In this document: positions 49,701 through 57,120 of the stretch, piece by piece
Numbering within the stretch: position 1 is the first letter of the stretch
How the letters are laid out: every line of letters begins with the position of its first letter
IMG/VR virus record: IMGVR_UViG_3300002140_000103
DNA length: 64,000 bases
DNA from: an uncultured virus (IMG/VR IMGVR_UViG_3300002140_000103)
Lineage: Duplodnaviria > Heunggongvirae > Uroviricota > Caudoviricetes
Strand: one strand, 5' to 3'
Notes under the pieces: model-generated
The model's database searches: none
Seen by the model: the letters and a program-made list of their open reading frames with translations, nothing else
What the model was told of the DNA's origin: nothing
Translations under genes and position numbers: made by a program

Positions 49701-52520
49701 AGTATATTCACTGGTGATGGTAGTGGTTTAACAACACTTAACGCAAGTAATTTAGCAGCTGGCAATGTTGCAGGAGCAAGGCTCGGCGGTAATCAAAGTA
49801 TGTCCGGTGTTAAAACGTTTACTGATACAACAAATGCAAGTGCGTATACTACTGCTGCATTCCTTATACAAGGTGGCCTTGGCGTTGCACTAGACATTAG
49901 AACAAATGGTACTATATATGGTAATGGTAGTGGATTAACAAGTTTAAACGCAACTAACTTAACATCCGGTACCATTACTGATGCTAGACTTCCAACTTCA
50001 CAAGCTGGAAAAACGTTTACTGGTGATCTTACTGTAAACAGTCATAAAGTCGGACGCGGTGGCGGCAACAGTGCAACTAACCTTGCTGTTGCTGGCGGAC
50101 AAGCAATCAGTACAGGAACCGATAACAGCGTGTTTGGTGTTGCTGCAATGACAGGAATTGTTACAGGTAACAACAACACTGCAGTAGGTAATAGTTCACT
50201 TGCTGCATTAACCAGCGCAACACACAACACTGCAGTTGGTAACGATAGTCAAGCACAACGTACAACCGCTGGTAACTTTAATACCAGTGTTGGTGCTCAA
50301 TCAATGAGTAACTCAACCAACGGTTCAAATAATACAGGTGTTGGATATCAAGCATTAGAACTTGTAACAGGCGGTAATAACACTAGTATTGGTGGAAATG
50401 CTGGCGACAGTTTAACAAGCGGTGCTAGTAATATTATTATTGGTTATAACGCACAGGTTACTGCAGCTACTACAAGTAACGAAATTGTAATTGGTACTGC
50501 AACACAAAATAATTTAAGAATACCGGGTGTAAATTTAACTGTAAATACAACTACGTTTAACTTCACTGGTACAACCGGTTACAGTGGCGTTGGTACTAAC
50601 TTAACTGCACTAAATGCAACTAGCTTAACAAGCGGAACTGTAGCAGATGCTCGCATTGCTGCAACTAGTATTACACAACACCAAGCAAGTATTACCGGAA
50701 CAGGTGTTCTAAACAGCGGTAGTATTAACACCGGCTTTGGAAACATCAATATCGGTACAAGTACATTTACTGGTAACGGTAGTGGACTAACAACCCTTAA
50801 CGCAAGTAACTTATCAAGTGGTACAGTTGCCGGCGCACGGCTTGGTGGTACTCAAAGTATGGCTGGTATTAAAACGTTTACTGATGCAACAGATGCAACT
50901 ACAACTGCTAACGGTGCTGTAAGACTAACAGGCGGGTTGAGTGTTGCTAAAGCTATTGTTTTTGGCGGAATTGCAACAGGTAATGGTAGTGGACTAACAA
51001 CCCTTAACGCAACTAACTTATCAAGTGGTACTGTAGCAAACGCTCGTATTAGTGGAACATACAGTAACTTAACAGGATCTGGAGCATTAAACGCTGGTAG
51101 CATTACAAGTGGCTTTGGCAACATTAACATTGGCACAAGTACATTTACTGGCAACGGTAGTGGGTTAACCAACGTTAATGCTGATCTACTAGACGGTATT
51201 GATAGTCTTAGTTTCTTACGCAGTAATGCAGATGATACTGCTACCGGCGTTATTACATTGTCAGGTGATAATGAAAGATTAAAAATTGTTGCAACTACTG
51301 CAACTAACTCGCCGTACATGGGCTTCTACCAAGGTGCTACACGTCGCGCCTACATACAGATGGTCAACGGTGGTACACTGCGTCTTGCTAGTGATCAGTT
51401 TGCAAGTAGAGTTGACATTGGCAACGGCACAACTGGTCTAACATACACAGACGGAACTACTTGGACTGTATGGCACAGTGGTAACGACGGTGCTGGTTCA
51501 GGACTTGATGCCGATCTACTAGACGGTCTGACTACTTCATCAACTAACATAATAAACACTGTTGTTACACGTAACGCTAGTGGAAACTTTGCTGCAGGCA
51601 CTATTACTGCAACATTGACAGGTAATGCATCATCAGCATCATATGCATCTGCAGTAACTTTAACTGCTGATAATACTACAGCCGCAACAAGATATCCACT
51701 GTTTGCTAGTGCTGCAACAGGCAACCTTAGTCCGCGGACTGATACAGGATTTACATACAATCCAAGCACAGGTGCATTAACAACTACAACATTTGTTGGT
51801 GCATTAACAGGAACTGCATCAAATGCCAACTTGCTTGATAATATTGATAGTACAGCATTTATAAGAAAAGATATTGCCGGTGATTGGAATCTTGCAAGTA
51901 GTTCAACTGCATCCACCTACACCGGTTCGGCACTAGAATTGAGAGAATACAACTTTGGCGGCGCTCAAGCTGATACTGCTGCTATATCTCCAAGATTAGG
52001 GTTCCATTGGGGCGGTCGTGTTGCTTCTCAAATTACTATGACAAGTAATGGTTGGATTAATATTAGAAACAATCCTGGCACAGGATACGAGAATTTTATA
52101 GCAGCAGGTGTTTATGCTACTGGCGAGATAACTGCATATTATTCAGACGAAAGACTAAAAACCAAAGTAGGCAATATTGATAATGCACTTGATAAAGTGT
52201 TAAGCATAGAAACATTCTTGTATAAAAACAACGAAATAGCTAACGAATATGGGTTTAGTGATGATGATATACATGTTGGTGTAAGTGCTCAAAGTGTAGA
52301 AAGAGTATTACCTGAAGTTGTAAAACATGCTCCGTTTGATATTCAAAGTGTTGATGGTGTAGAAACAAGTAAATCAGGAGAATGGTATAAAACTGTTCAA
52401 TATGACAAAATTGTACCTCTATTAATTGAAGCTATTAAAGAACAAGATGCAAAAGCTGAAGCTCAGGCATTAGAGATTGCAGAACTCAAAGCAATGGTAA
52501 AGGCACTGTTAGAAAAATAA
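40761..52520 (+). CDS. Giant tail fibre (3919 aa) with C-terminal peptidase S74 intramolecular chaperone
   Basis: N-terminal IKHKRSS...GELAINTADGKVF anchor; beta-helix; 3 CxRD repeats; Thr/Gly-rich shaft and YadA-like NTAVG repeats; YSDERLK...GVSAQ.V..VLPEVV...YDKIVPLLIEAIKE. Confidence 0.85.
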   Translation: MATRIKHKRSSVAGKQPIVSQLESGELAINTADGKVFLLRDDNTVQDITKRIFENNSEIVVNDPGDSVGAITVTVDGVDKILVTPSGISLQDDTTVEDAGYITFKELTASGNDGIGIKAPNTLDAGYNLTLPSSIGVKGNLLKLGASNQLEFTDADAFGGNVVYVSAEQGDDANDGRNEPVKTVKRACQVASGLVYNADGTINGTRINIKVAVGDYTEQNPIVVPDNVVIKGDGLRGCIIRPANEDQDMLRVRNACYFGEFTFRDGVDANFVPIRTWGYAVAFDDPTDVTVSRVGYTNLPTTRPNITTSPYIQNTSMISFLGGSGARIDGSLVNTPNTPIYAIEAENPVIGATPEQGKSMVANAFTHISFGGTGWRLTNDAYAQLVSCFQIFLLNGVYCQSGGYCSITNSATNFGLYALRSSGYSAKTFDFDRSYVIASGLSSGERTISVVGINREEPVQEFIVRFRDPDLKIAYDLIQSEKGNIAQDTVNWINTQVSGAASSIWTSFSYNEEKCRRDVGYLLDAIKWDIMFDSNYRTVASAIRYYAASAAAVVGAQKDQTIAAFGQAKTLTVNALSNATMKTRAGALWDEVIDVVTNGEGAADAYSYPNPTDYNTSYLIGYGDARAQLIANKTFIQDEVDAWIAVQVASEIAPFTSSFTYSAETCRRDTGLLIDALVYDLTYGGNLQTYDAALAYFIGAIAQYGAGKKAETIASYLRLKEVIEQVIAETTVTASTGNSTAQDTAGTAGSAGSITFAGDRIQEIADFITNDGTGLTRIEPGTAWVSATFVTDATVNLSATNILNISQNVTQWINEQIQNNLWYNFTYDQAKCLRDTLLILDAVARDTWSTGNALTRQSALAYYNGRLADSATITISGQELQTIAAIEQASVYTAAVVAALNSSTKTKVDSLFDIVKEAIADPESIPDALDVSATGDITNDFKTAPTETEFNPSTDVNPSTDTFTIIGHGFTNLQAVVYDSNSNPKIGGLDTEQTYYVGIINEDEFTLFFDESGNIPVNILSVPASSTHKFLTDITEFFVKEILSSHTVYQRLILASSAASAEFVPGRAISAATGAVNNSATVYSWKPTDLELIVSVELVASGTGTVRNQFSDASVIAEDHASSPNTAIDVNEVSPITSLGTATFTIKGTIDGIDLTNLSNLPESQCWFHRPSIVNSSSHTWEYAGSGIDYNALPQNGGNTVAAYEQYSELPGRVYSSGTNELGDFKVGNFITAFNRTGNITFQNKVTVDTLDALRLSLSSVAIEEISTDVNLGDNELGGPSDSRLSTQLAMRSFLSNRLGGFIDKSVSTAAVPGAIVQLNTNGQLNPDLIPATRQFTSTTTNGYRSKLRQVDNIPAVDLKAGDIATEEYEQIELTFASGVTAADGALITQATTGAQGYAKGTYTSSLNLLVASVGAEFKAGDDSTGTDFDTGSIISIDGVSTSQAPTELGSSSGIVDNYFLKSSISSQYLVLSNDDDYTLTADVVADQVTRTSNVATIRTETAHDLQVGNTVQVITTVDTTFSVNGTVLSTPTTTTFTISNVGSDKVATSDVGTVRTIVTSADGNAQGAVTETRYGVLTNVDNATITGGSGYTPASGTLTYSDVAFSNNTGVGVGATCDVTVNNGTVTDVDIKTGGTGYAIGDILSVESNYLGEDSAGAGFEIEVTAIEKRAYVNILGGELFVASTSSVDFVEDNTAPAGAITTVLTDVVSTNFLAGDSGSGGAVDYSLSRISITTHGLTNGDPLTYDTLSNVSIGGLMNGSVYYAKAIDPDVIELYADFSLLNKILFTSTPSNNNHNITRHNVNITDNSVIVLNHGYNTGDAVSITGSDLFQITATTVPSRSRFFIGSKTTNSFTLHELRSDALASINSLVVSAKDITAKGTGNAIYQLQSVQVNSVVNTSSRLNSNWNSLAATNIDASNIISGTVSPTRLASSGVANTDSFLRGDSSYQTVVQSLKKSTTTDNPITLTGSNVAGEFYGDPVNIGISNVDNDIGAAYSTLGVARFLQAQFDVDVTATGQVFIKDGVVDAGTLDALDSAYFLNPANLTSAVPVSRGGTAITTYAIGDLIYAQSTGALNTINIGRNNSFLKSNGTNPEWGTALDLAQGLDVGSARLTSTSTGTGKVYNENVTSLELGSAASAVKIGTSSATRNIKSFALGFEATSSTDVAVNLASNNVNTNGAVANGENEVPMTSTSGILTGMLVTGSGNIPSNTTVSGVTTEYIYLSVDTVGSIISGTTLTFTYTPETLGIRAGDTVNLGSTGITNLDGSWPVSGATFNATSFTVRTDLAVTANAGDAIAGGATITKDNTILLRNRSVVFGSAETSASPVAATLKGESGLGTDVAGGAFVVQAGLGTGDATGGNIVLKTGQVGTTSALEHVSTTRLTIDTVGKAQFTGEVGIATTLSTTQTTVNLLDTTATTINMGGAATVVEIGAATGTTTVHNNVDIDLDLNVDGGDITTNATTFNLLNTNATTLNVGGAATTLNMGNASGTVNIAGNLTVNGTTTTVNSTTLTVDDKNIELGSVASPNNTTADGGGITLKGATDKTLNWVNSTAAWTSSENFNLASGKVYRINNASVLNSTTLGSAVVNSSLQTLGTINTGAWQGTIVDPTYGGTGINNGSKTITLGGNFTHTGAHTLGVTTTGATSITLPTSGTLAITGNPLSQFAATTSAQLAGIISNETGTGSLVFGTSPSFTTGINAASTTMALFNTTATTVNFAGAATNIQIGAATGTTNVNNNLDVDLDLNVDGGDITTNATTFNLINATATTVNFAKAATTLDIGAATGTTSINNNVDIDLDLNVDGGDITTNAVTFNLINTNTSTLNIGGAATSINIGAATSTTTITDDLLVNGNITIGAGGTFSLDSINNTPIGNTTPSSGAFTTLASSGLTTFTNNTASSGTSVGAVVITGGLGVGGDVHASSFTGSIAAANINSGTLADARIAVSNVTQHQLSITGTGALNAGSITSGFGSINIGSSIFTGDGSGLTTLNASNLAAGNVAGARLGGNQSMSGVKTFTDTTNASAYTTAAFLIQGGLGVALDIRTNGTIYGNGSGLTSLNATNLTSGTITDARLPTSQAGKTFTGDLTVNSHKVGRGGGNSATNLAVAGGQAISTGTDNSVFGVAAMTGIVTGNNNTAVGNSSLAALTSATHNTAVGNDSQAQRTTAGNFNTSVGAQSMSNSTNGSNNTGVGYQALELVTGGNNTSIGGNAGDSLTSGASNIIIGYNAQVTAATTSNEIVIGTATQNNLRIPGVNLTVNTTTFNFTGTTGYSGVGTNLTALNATSLTSGTVADARIAATSITQHQASITGTGVLNSGSINTGFGNINIGTSTFTGNGSGLTTLNASNLSSGTVAGARLGGTQSMAGIKTFTDATDATTTANGAVRLTGGLSVAKAIVFGGIATGNGSGLTTLNATNLSSGTVANARISGTYSNLTGSGALNAGSITSGFGNINIGTSTFTGNGSGLTNVNADLLDGIDSLSFLRSNADDTATGVITLSGDNERLKIVATTATNSPYMGFYQGATRRAYIQMVNGGTLRLASDQFASRVDIGNGTTGLTYTDGTTWTVWHSGNDGAGSGLDADLLDGLTTSSTNIINTVVTRNASGNFAAGTITATLTGNASSASYASAVTLTADNTTAATRYPLFASAATGNLSPRTDTGFTYNPSTGALTTTTFVGALTGTASNANLLDNIDSTAFIRKDIAGDWNLASSSTASTYTGSALELREYNFGGAQADTAAISPRLGFHWGGRVASQITMTSNGWINIRNNPGTGYENFIAAGVYATGEITAYYSDERLKTKVGNIDNALDKVLSIETFLYKNNEIANEYGFSDDDIHVGVSAQSVERVLPEVVKHAPFDIQSVDGVETSKSGEWYKTVQYDKIVPLLIEAIKEQDAKAEAQALEIAELKAMVKALLEK

Positions 52521-52529
52521 AATAACAAG

Positions 52530-52553
52530 ATAGCCAGTTTAACTGGCTATTTT
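52530..52553 (+). terminator. Rho-independent terminator
   Basis: atagccagtt-t-aactggctat followed by ttt. Confidence 0.7.
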
Positions 52554-52555
52554 AC

Positions 52556-52583
52556 TTGACAATATTAAATAATATGTTATTAT
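52556..52583 (+). promoter_or_regulatory. Sigma70-type promoter with nested late-promoter-like TTAAATA
   Basis: TTGACA 52556-52561, TG at 52575-52576, TATTAT 52578-52583 (16-nt spacer); TTAAATA 52565-52571. Confidence 0.5.
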
Positions 52584-52604
52584 AAAACAAAATAGGATAC
52601 GCAA

Positions 52605-52769
52605 ATGGCATTACCCCCTACTGGTTCTCAAATTACAATGAGTCAGATAAGAAATTATTTTGGCAGTGCAACTACTCCTATTACTATGAGTGGGTTAGGC
52701 ACTTATAGAGGAATCAGTGTAGGTACAACAATTGCTATGAGTATTACATTTGGCGGCCTAGGAACATAA
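52605..52769 (+). CDS. 54-aa protein resembling fibre-tip attachment modules (absent from the ORF track)
   Basis: MALPPTGSQITMSQIRNYFGSATTPITMSGLGTYRGISVGTTIAMSITFGGLGT*; SD AGGA; fills the gap exactly. Confidence 0.7.
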   Translation: MALPPTGSQITMSQIRNYFGSATTPITMSGLGTYRGISVGTTIAMSITFGGLGT

Positions 52770-52772
52770 ACA

Positions 52773-53162
52773 ATGGAGCATATTATGAAAACATTATACG
52801 AAGTATTAAACGTAGACTTATCACAGCAATATACTAAAGAAAGAAAGTTATCAGTACTAAGCACTATGGGACTTGATAGCGACTTAATGCTAGAAGTAGA
52901 AGATGCTGTAGCAGAAATGGATATACCCGAAGACGACGATCGTTATCATTGGATTCAAATTTTTGGACGTCAATCAGGTGCAGACTTGCTGACAATAGGC
53001 AAAGTACAACCTGAAAACATGTTAGCAATGGCAGGCCTTGGCGCAGACGACTTTAAAGAAGCTGTTAAAGTTGCTACAAGTTTTGCTCGTAGTTTAAACA
53101 CACAAACTATCGAAGCAGAAAAAGAACTCAATACAAACACGATTGACGAAGCAATAGTATAA
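52773..53162 (+). CDS. Hypothetical protein
   Basis: 129 aa acidic ORF; start may be the second Met (MKTLYE), which follows GGAG. Confidence 0.65.
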   Translation: MEHIMKTLYEVLNVDLSQQYTKERKLSVLSTMGLDSDLMLEVEDAVAEMDIPEDDDRYHWIQIFGRQSGADLLTIGKVQPENMLAMAGLGADDFKEAVKVATSFARSLNTQTIEAEKELNTNTIDEAIV

Positions 53163-53164
53163 CA

Positions 53165-53767
53165 ATGAAGATAGCAATTTGCGTTGCTACTAGAGATACA
53201 GTGCATGTAGGATTTGCTAAATGTTTAGCAAACCTTACTGCATCTTTAGCACGTGACAATATCGATTACGAATTAATTATTAATTTAGGATCGGTTATTC
53301 CGCAACAACGAAATACATTAGTTGATGTTGCATTGGAAAAAGATGCTACTCATTTGCTTTGGTTAGATAGTGATATGCATTTTCCTGACTCGGTTGTTAA
53401 AGATTTTCTCAAACACAATTTGGATATTGTTGCTGCAACTTACAGCACAAGAGTAAAGCCACAACGCAGTGTTGCATTTTTAGATAAAAATAATTTAGAT
53501 CTTAGGTTAAAAAACGATACAGGCTTAAACAAAGTGTTTGCCGTTGGAATGGGCTGTATGTTAGTAACAAGACGAGTATTTGAAAACATTCCTAAACCTT
53601 GGTTTCAATATGTTTGGAATGAAGACACACAAGATCTAAGCGGTGAAGACATTTACTTTTGCAGTCAAGCAAATGACACAGGATTTGAAATTTATATAGA
53701 CAGTGATGTAAGCAGAAGTGTTGCACACTACGGAGTTAAAGCGTATCTAATAGGCGAAACTACATGA
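53165..53767 (+). CDS. Glycosyltransferase, GT2/GT-A-like
   Basis: QRNTLV..AL...ATHLLWLDSDM (DxD), GMGCMLV, PWF, GEDIYFC. Confidence 0.75.
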   Translation: MKIAICVATRDTVHVGFAKCLANLTASLARDNIDYELIINLGSVIPQQRNTLVDVALEKDATHLLWLDSDMHFPDSVVKDFLKHNLDIVAATYSTRVKPQRSVAFLDKNNLDLRLKNDTGLNKVFAVGMGCMLVTRRVFENIPKPWFQYVWNEDTQDLSGEDIYFCSQANDTGFEIYIDSDVSRSVAHYGVKAYLIGETT

Positions 53768-56703
53768 ACGTAATAGATAAGTTTGAACGTTATGGAAGAA
53801 AAATCTATAATGGCCAAGATGTACTTAAAAATCATATTTTAAAAAAATACCCTATCCACTTAACTGATGATACAAATGATCACAGTATTGTTGATCAGTA
53901 TGATGCTGATTACGTTTGGATAGTTGATAAAAACATCAAAACATTAAATACATTTCCTTGGTTTTTTAAACCTACAGAAGTTGCTGTACACAAATTTCCT
54001 TACATATATAAATCAAGTACACGCATTAGAAGTTGGGATGCTGTAAAGTTGGTTCCTACTAAAGCCAATACAGACAAAGTAGTTGAACACAAACATATCT
54101 GCGGAATTTATGATTTCTATAATGGTAAAGAATTGTTTGATATTTTCTTTATAGGTGATAAGTCTACAGTTGTGTGGGATAACCTAATTAAAAGATTTCC
54201 TAATACAACACATGTAAAAAGTTATAATGAAGCAGCAACATTATCTACAACTAATATGTTTTGGTTAGTACCCGACGATGTTGAAATATCTGCATGGTTT
54301 AGATTTTCGTATCAGCCCGACGATTGGAGTCATGATTTTTCTCATATGTTTGGAAATGGGTCTTTAGAATCAAAAGATGGTATTGTATTATTTCCTAAGA
54401 ATTATAAACCTACAGATAACGAATTAAAATATAGATATTATGCTAATAAAAAAGAAATGAGAGTTATTGCAAGTAAGCCGATTGAATATGAAAAGTTTAC
54501 TTTTAAAAATTATAAAGAATATTTAGATGCATTAAAAACTTCTAAAACAGATTTGTTTTGGCATATACCCGACGATGTTATTATAAAAGATAATTTTAAA
54601 TTCAATATATATTTTAATCATCAGAATCAATACGACCGAAGTATTAATCATGTTTATTTGAATAACGAAACATATGACGGTATTGTATTGTTTAGTAAAA
54701 AATCACCTATAACAGAAAAAGAATTTAATACTAGGTTTTATATAAACAAAAAAGAATGGGATATTGTTGCAAGTGTTCCTAAACCTTTTGATTTATTCAA
54801 TGTTGAAACATATGAAGATTATAAACTAGCATTAAAAAATACTACTACAGAAATGTTTTGGTTAAGCAGCGCAAATTTAAAACATAATAAAGACCTAGTT
54901 GATAACTTTTATATATCGCATCACGAGTTACAACTTAGAAAACAAACACACGCATTCAAACACAAAGTTGATAATGAAACAACATATAATGGAATGTTTT
55001 TATGCAGTAAAAATACTTTATTAAATAAACAAGAAGTTGAATACAGATTTCCTATAACTCGTATTGAATACGATATAGTTGTTAGTGGACCAACAACGTA
55101 TGATACATTTGTAGTAGACAATTACGATGAATACGTTTATGCATTAGAAAATACTACTACAGAAATGTTTTGGGCTACTAGTCGTAACATTTCTGTAGAT
55201 GATTTTAAATTTGATTTATATTTTATACACAGTAACAAATATGATAGAAAACAAAATCATGCATTTCGGCATTTAGTAAATGACGAAGTTTATTATAATG
55301 GAGTTTTTCTTTTTAGTAAACATAAGCCAGTAACACAAAAAGAAATTGAACATAGATTTGTTGCTGATCGTAAAGAATGGAATATAGTTGCTAGTACAGT
55401 TAAAATGTATGACACATTTTATATCGATACATACAAAGATTATCAAACAGCATTAGATAATAGTACTACTGAAATGTTTTGGAGTATTCCTTCAAACATT
55501 GAAATAGATCCTGCCTTTGATTTTAAATTATATGTAAGCCATGACAACTATGATAGAAAAGAAAATCATGCATTTATACATCGTGTAAAAAATACTGATT
55601 TATTTAACGGGGTTTTTCTTTTTAGTAAACACAAGCCAATAACTCAAAAAGAAATTGAACATAGATTTGTTGCTGATCGTAAAGAATGGAATATAGTTGC
55701 AAGCGGGCCTTGTAAATACGAAAAGTTTTATCCTAACAACTATAACGAATATCTAACAGCATTAGAAACTTCTAAAACAGAAATGTTTTGGATTATACCC
55801 GAGTATGTAAATGTTACAGATAGATTTAAATTTGATACTTATTTTTCACATGATCAAAGTTTTGAAAGAAATATAAATCATGTTTATTTAAATGGAAAAT
55901 ATTACGATGGTGTTGTACTGTGCAGTAAGTATGCAAAGTTTACTGAAAAAGAATTTGACTATAAATTCATTGCTAATAAAAAAGAAGTTCCTGTAATAAT
56001 TTCTACTCCTAAACCGTTTGATGTTGTTTTCATAAGTTATCAAGAACCCAACTGTGAAGAAAACTATGAAAATTTATTAACTCAAGTACCTTATGCAAAA
56101 AGAATACACGGAGTAAAGGGAATTCACCAAGCACACATTGCTGCTGCAAAATTATGCAATACTGACATGTTTTGGATTGTTGATGGTGATGCAGAAATAG
56201 TAGATGACTTTGAATTCAATTATCAAGTTGCACAATGGGATAAAGAAACAGTGTATGTATGGAGAAGTCAAAATCCAATAAACGATCTTGTTTATGGATA
56301 TGGTGGTATAAAATTATTTCCACGTGATTTAACAATCAACATGGATATTGCTAAACCTGACATGACCACAAGTATCAGTAACAAGTTTAATGCAATGAGT
56401 CAAATTAGTAATATTACCGGATTTAATACTGATCCTTTTAATACATGGAAAAGTGCATTTAGAGAATGTTGTAAACTCAGTGCAAAGATTATTGATAGAC
56501 AAAAAGAAGATGAGACAAACACACGTTTACATACATGGTGTTCTTTAGGCGAAAATAAATTATATGGAAAATATGCGATTGCTGGTGCTAAGTCTGGTGC
56601 ATTGTACGGAGCCAGAAATAAAGACAATATAGAAGCACTTGCTAAGATAAATGACTTTGACTGGCTAAACAACCAATTTACACAATTAAATCAATCACTT
56701 TAA
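53764..56703 (+). CDS. Repeat-expanded glycosyltransferase-like protein
   Basis: Six ~100-aa internal repeats, then a terminal GT-A-like domain (DVVFISYQE, GVKGIHQAH, FWIVDGD, GYGGIKLFP, WKSAFREC.KL). Confidence 0.62.
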   Translation: MNVIDKFERYGRKIYNGQDVLKNHILKKYPIHLTDDTNDHSIVDQYDADYVWIVDKNIKTLNTFPWFFKPTEVAVHKFPYIYKSSTRIRSWDAVKLVPTKANTDKVVEHKHICGIYDFYNGKELFDIFFIGDKSTVVWDNLIKRFPNTTHVKSYNEAATLSTTNMFWLVPDDVEISAWFRFSYQPDDWSHDFSHMFGNGSLESKDGIVLFPKNYKPTDNELKYRYYANKKEMRVIASKPIEYEKFTFKNYKEYLDALKTSKTDLFWHIPDDVIIKDNFKFNIYFNHQNQYDRSINHVYLNNETYDGIVLFSKKSPITEKEFNTRFYINKKEWDIVASVPKPFDLFNVETYEDYKLALKNTTTEMFWLSSANLKHNKDLVDNFYISHHELQLRKQTHAFKHKVDNETTYNGMFLCSKNTLLNKQEVEYRFPITRIEYDIVVSGPTTYDTFVVDNYDEYVYALENTTTEMFWATSRNISVDDFKFDLYFIHSNKYDRKQNHAFRHLVNDEVYYNGVFLFSKHKPVTQKEIEHRFVADRKEWNIVASTVKMYDTFYIDTYKDYQTALDNSTTEMFWSIPSNIEIDPAFDFKLYVSHDNYDRKENHAFIHRVKNTDLFNGVFLFSKHKPITQKEIEHRFVADRKEWNIVASGPCKYEKFYPNNYNEYLTALETSKTEMFWIIPEYVNVTDRFKFDTYFSHDQSFERNINHVYLNGKYYDGVVLCSKYAKFTEKEFDYKFIANKKEVPVIISTPKPFDVVFISYQEPNCEENYENLLTQVPYAKRIHGVKGIHQAHIAAAKLCNTDMFWIVDGDAEIVDDFEFNYQVAQWDKETVYVWRSQNPINDLVYGYGGIKLFPRDLTINMDIAKPDMTTSISNKFNAMSQISNITGFNTDPFNTWKSAFRECCKLSAKIIDRQKEDETNTRLHTWCSLGENKLYGKYAIAGAKSGALYGARNKDNIEALAKINDFDWLNNQFTQLNQSL

Positions 56704-57112
56704 AAACAGTTTCAAGTTTTTGTTGGTTGATTTTACTGCGTAGTGTATTTGCTAATCCGTTGTGCAACGGCTTTGGCCATTTACCAAAACTAACCCACGC
56801 ATATCCATCGTGTTCGATGTTTAATGTTGGGATAAACTCTTTCTCAACTACACATAGATATGTATAAAAACTAAAGTGTTCGTCGTTACTGATAAATGTT
56901 TCTAACGGAATAGTTTTTTTAATTTCAGGAAGGATGCCTATTTCTTCTTGAATTTCTCTTTTTAAACCTTCCCACGGAGTCTCTTGATCTTCATTAGTTC
57001 CGCCGACTAATCCCCAAACATTACTTTGTTTACTTTGCGTTCTATGTAATAACAAAAATCTATTAGTGTCTAACGTATAAAATAATGCACCACTACAAAT
57101 TATCTTCTTCAT
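56678..57112 (-). CDS. NUDIX hydrolase
   Basis: Nudix box WGLVGGTNEDQETPWEGLKREIQEEIG; EHDGYAW. Confidence 0.9.
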   Translation of the reverse strand: MKKIICSGALFYTLDTNRFLLLHRTQSKQSNVWGLVGGTNEDQETPWEGLKREIQEEIGILPEIKKTIPLETFISNDEHFSFYTYLCVVEKEFIPTLNIEHDGYAWVSFGKWPKPLHNGLANTLRSKINQQKLETVFKVIDLIV

Positions 57113-57120
57113 AAAAATAA

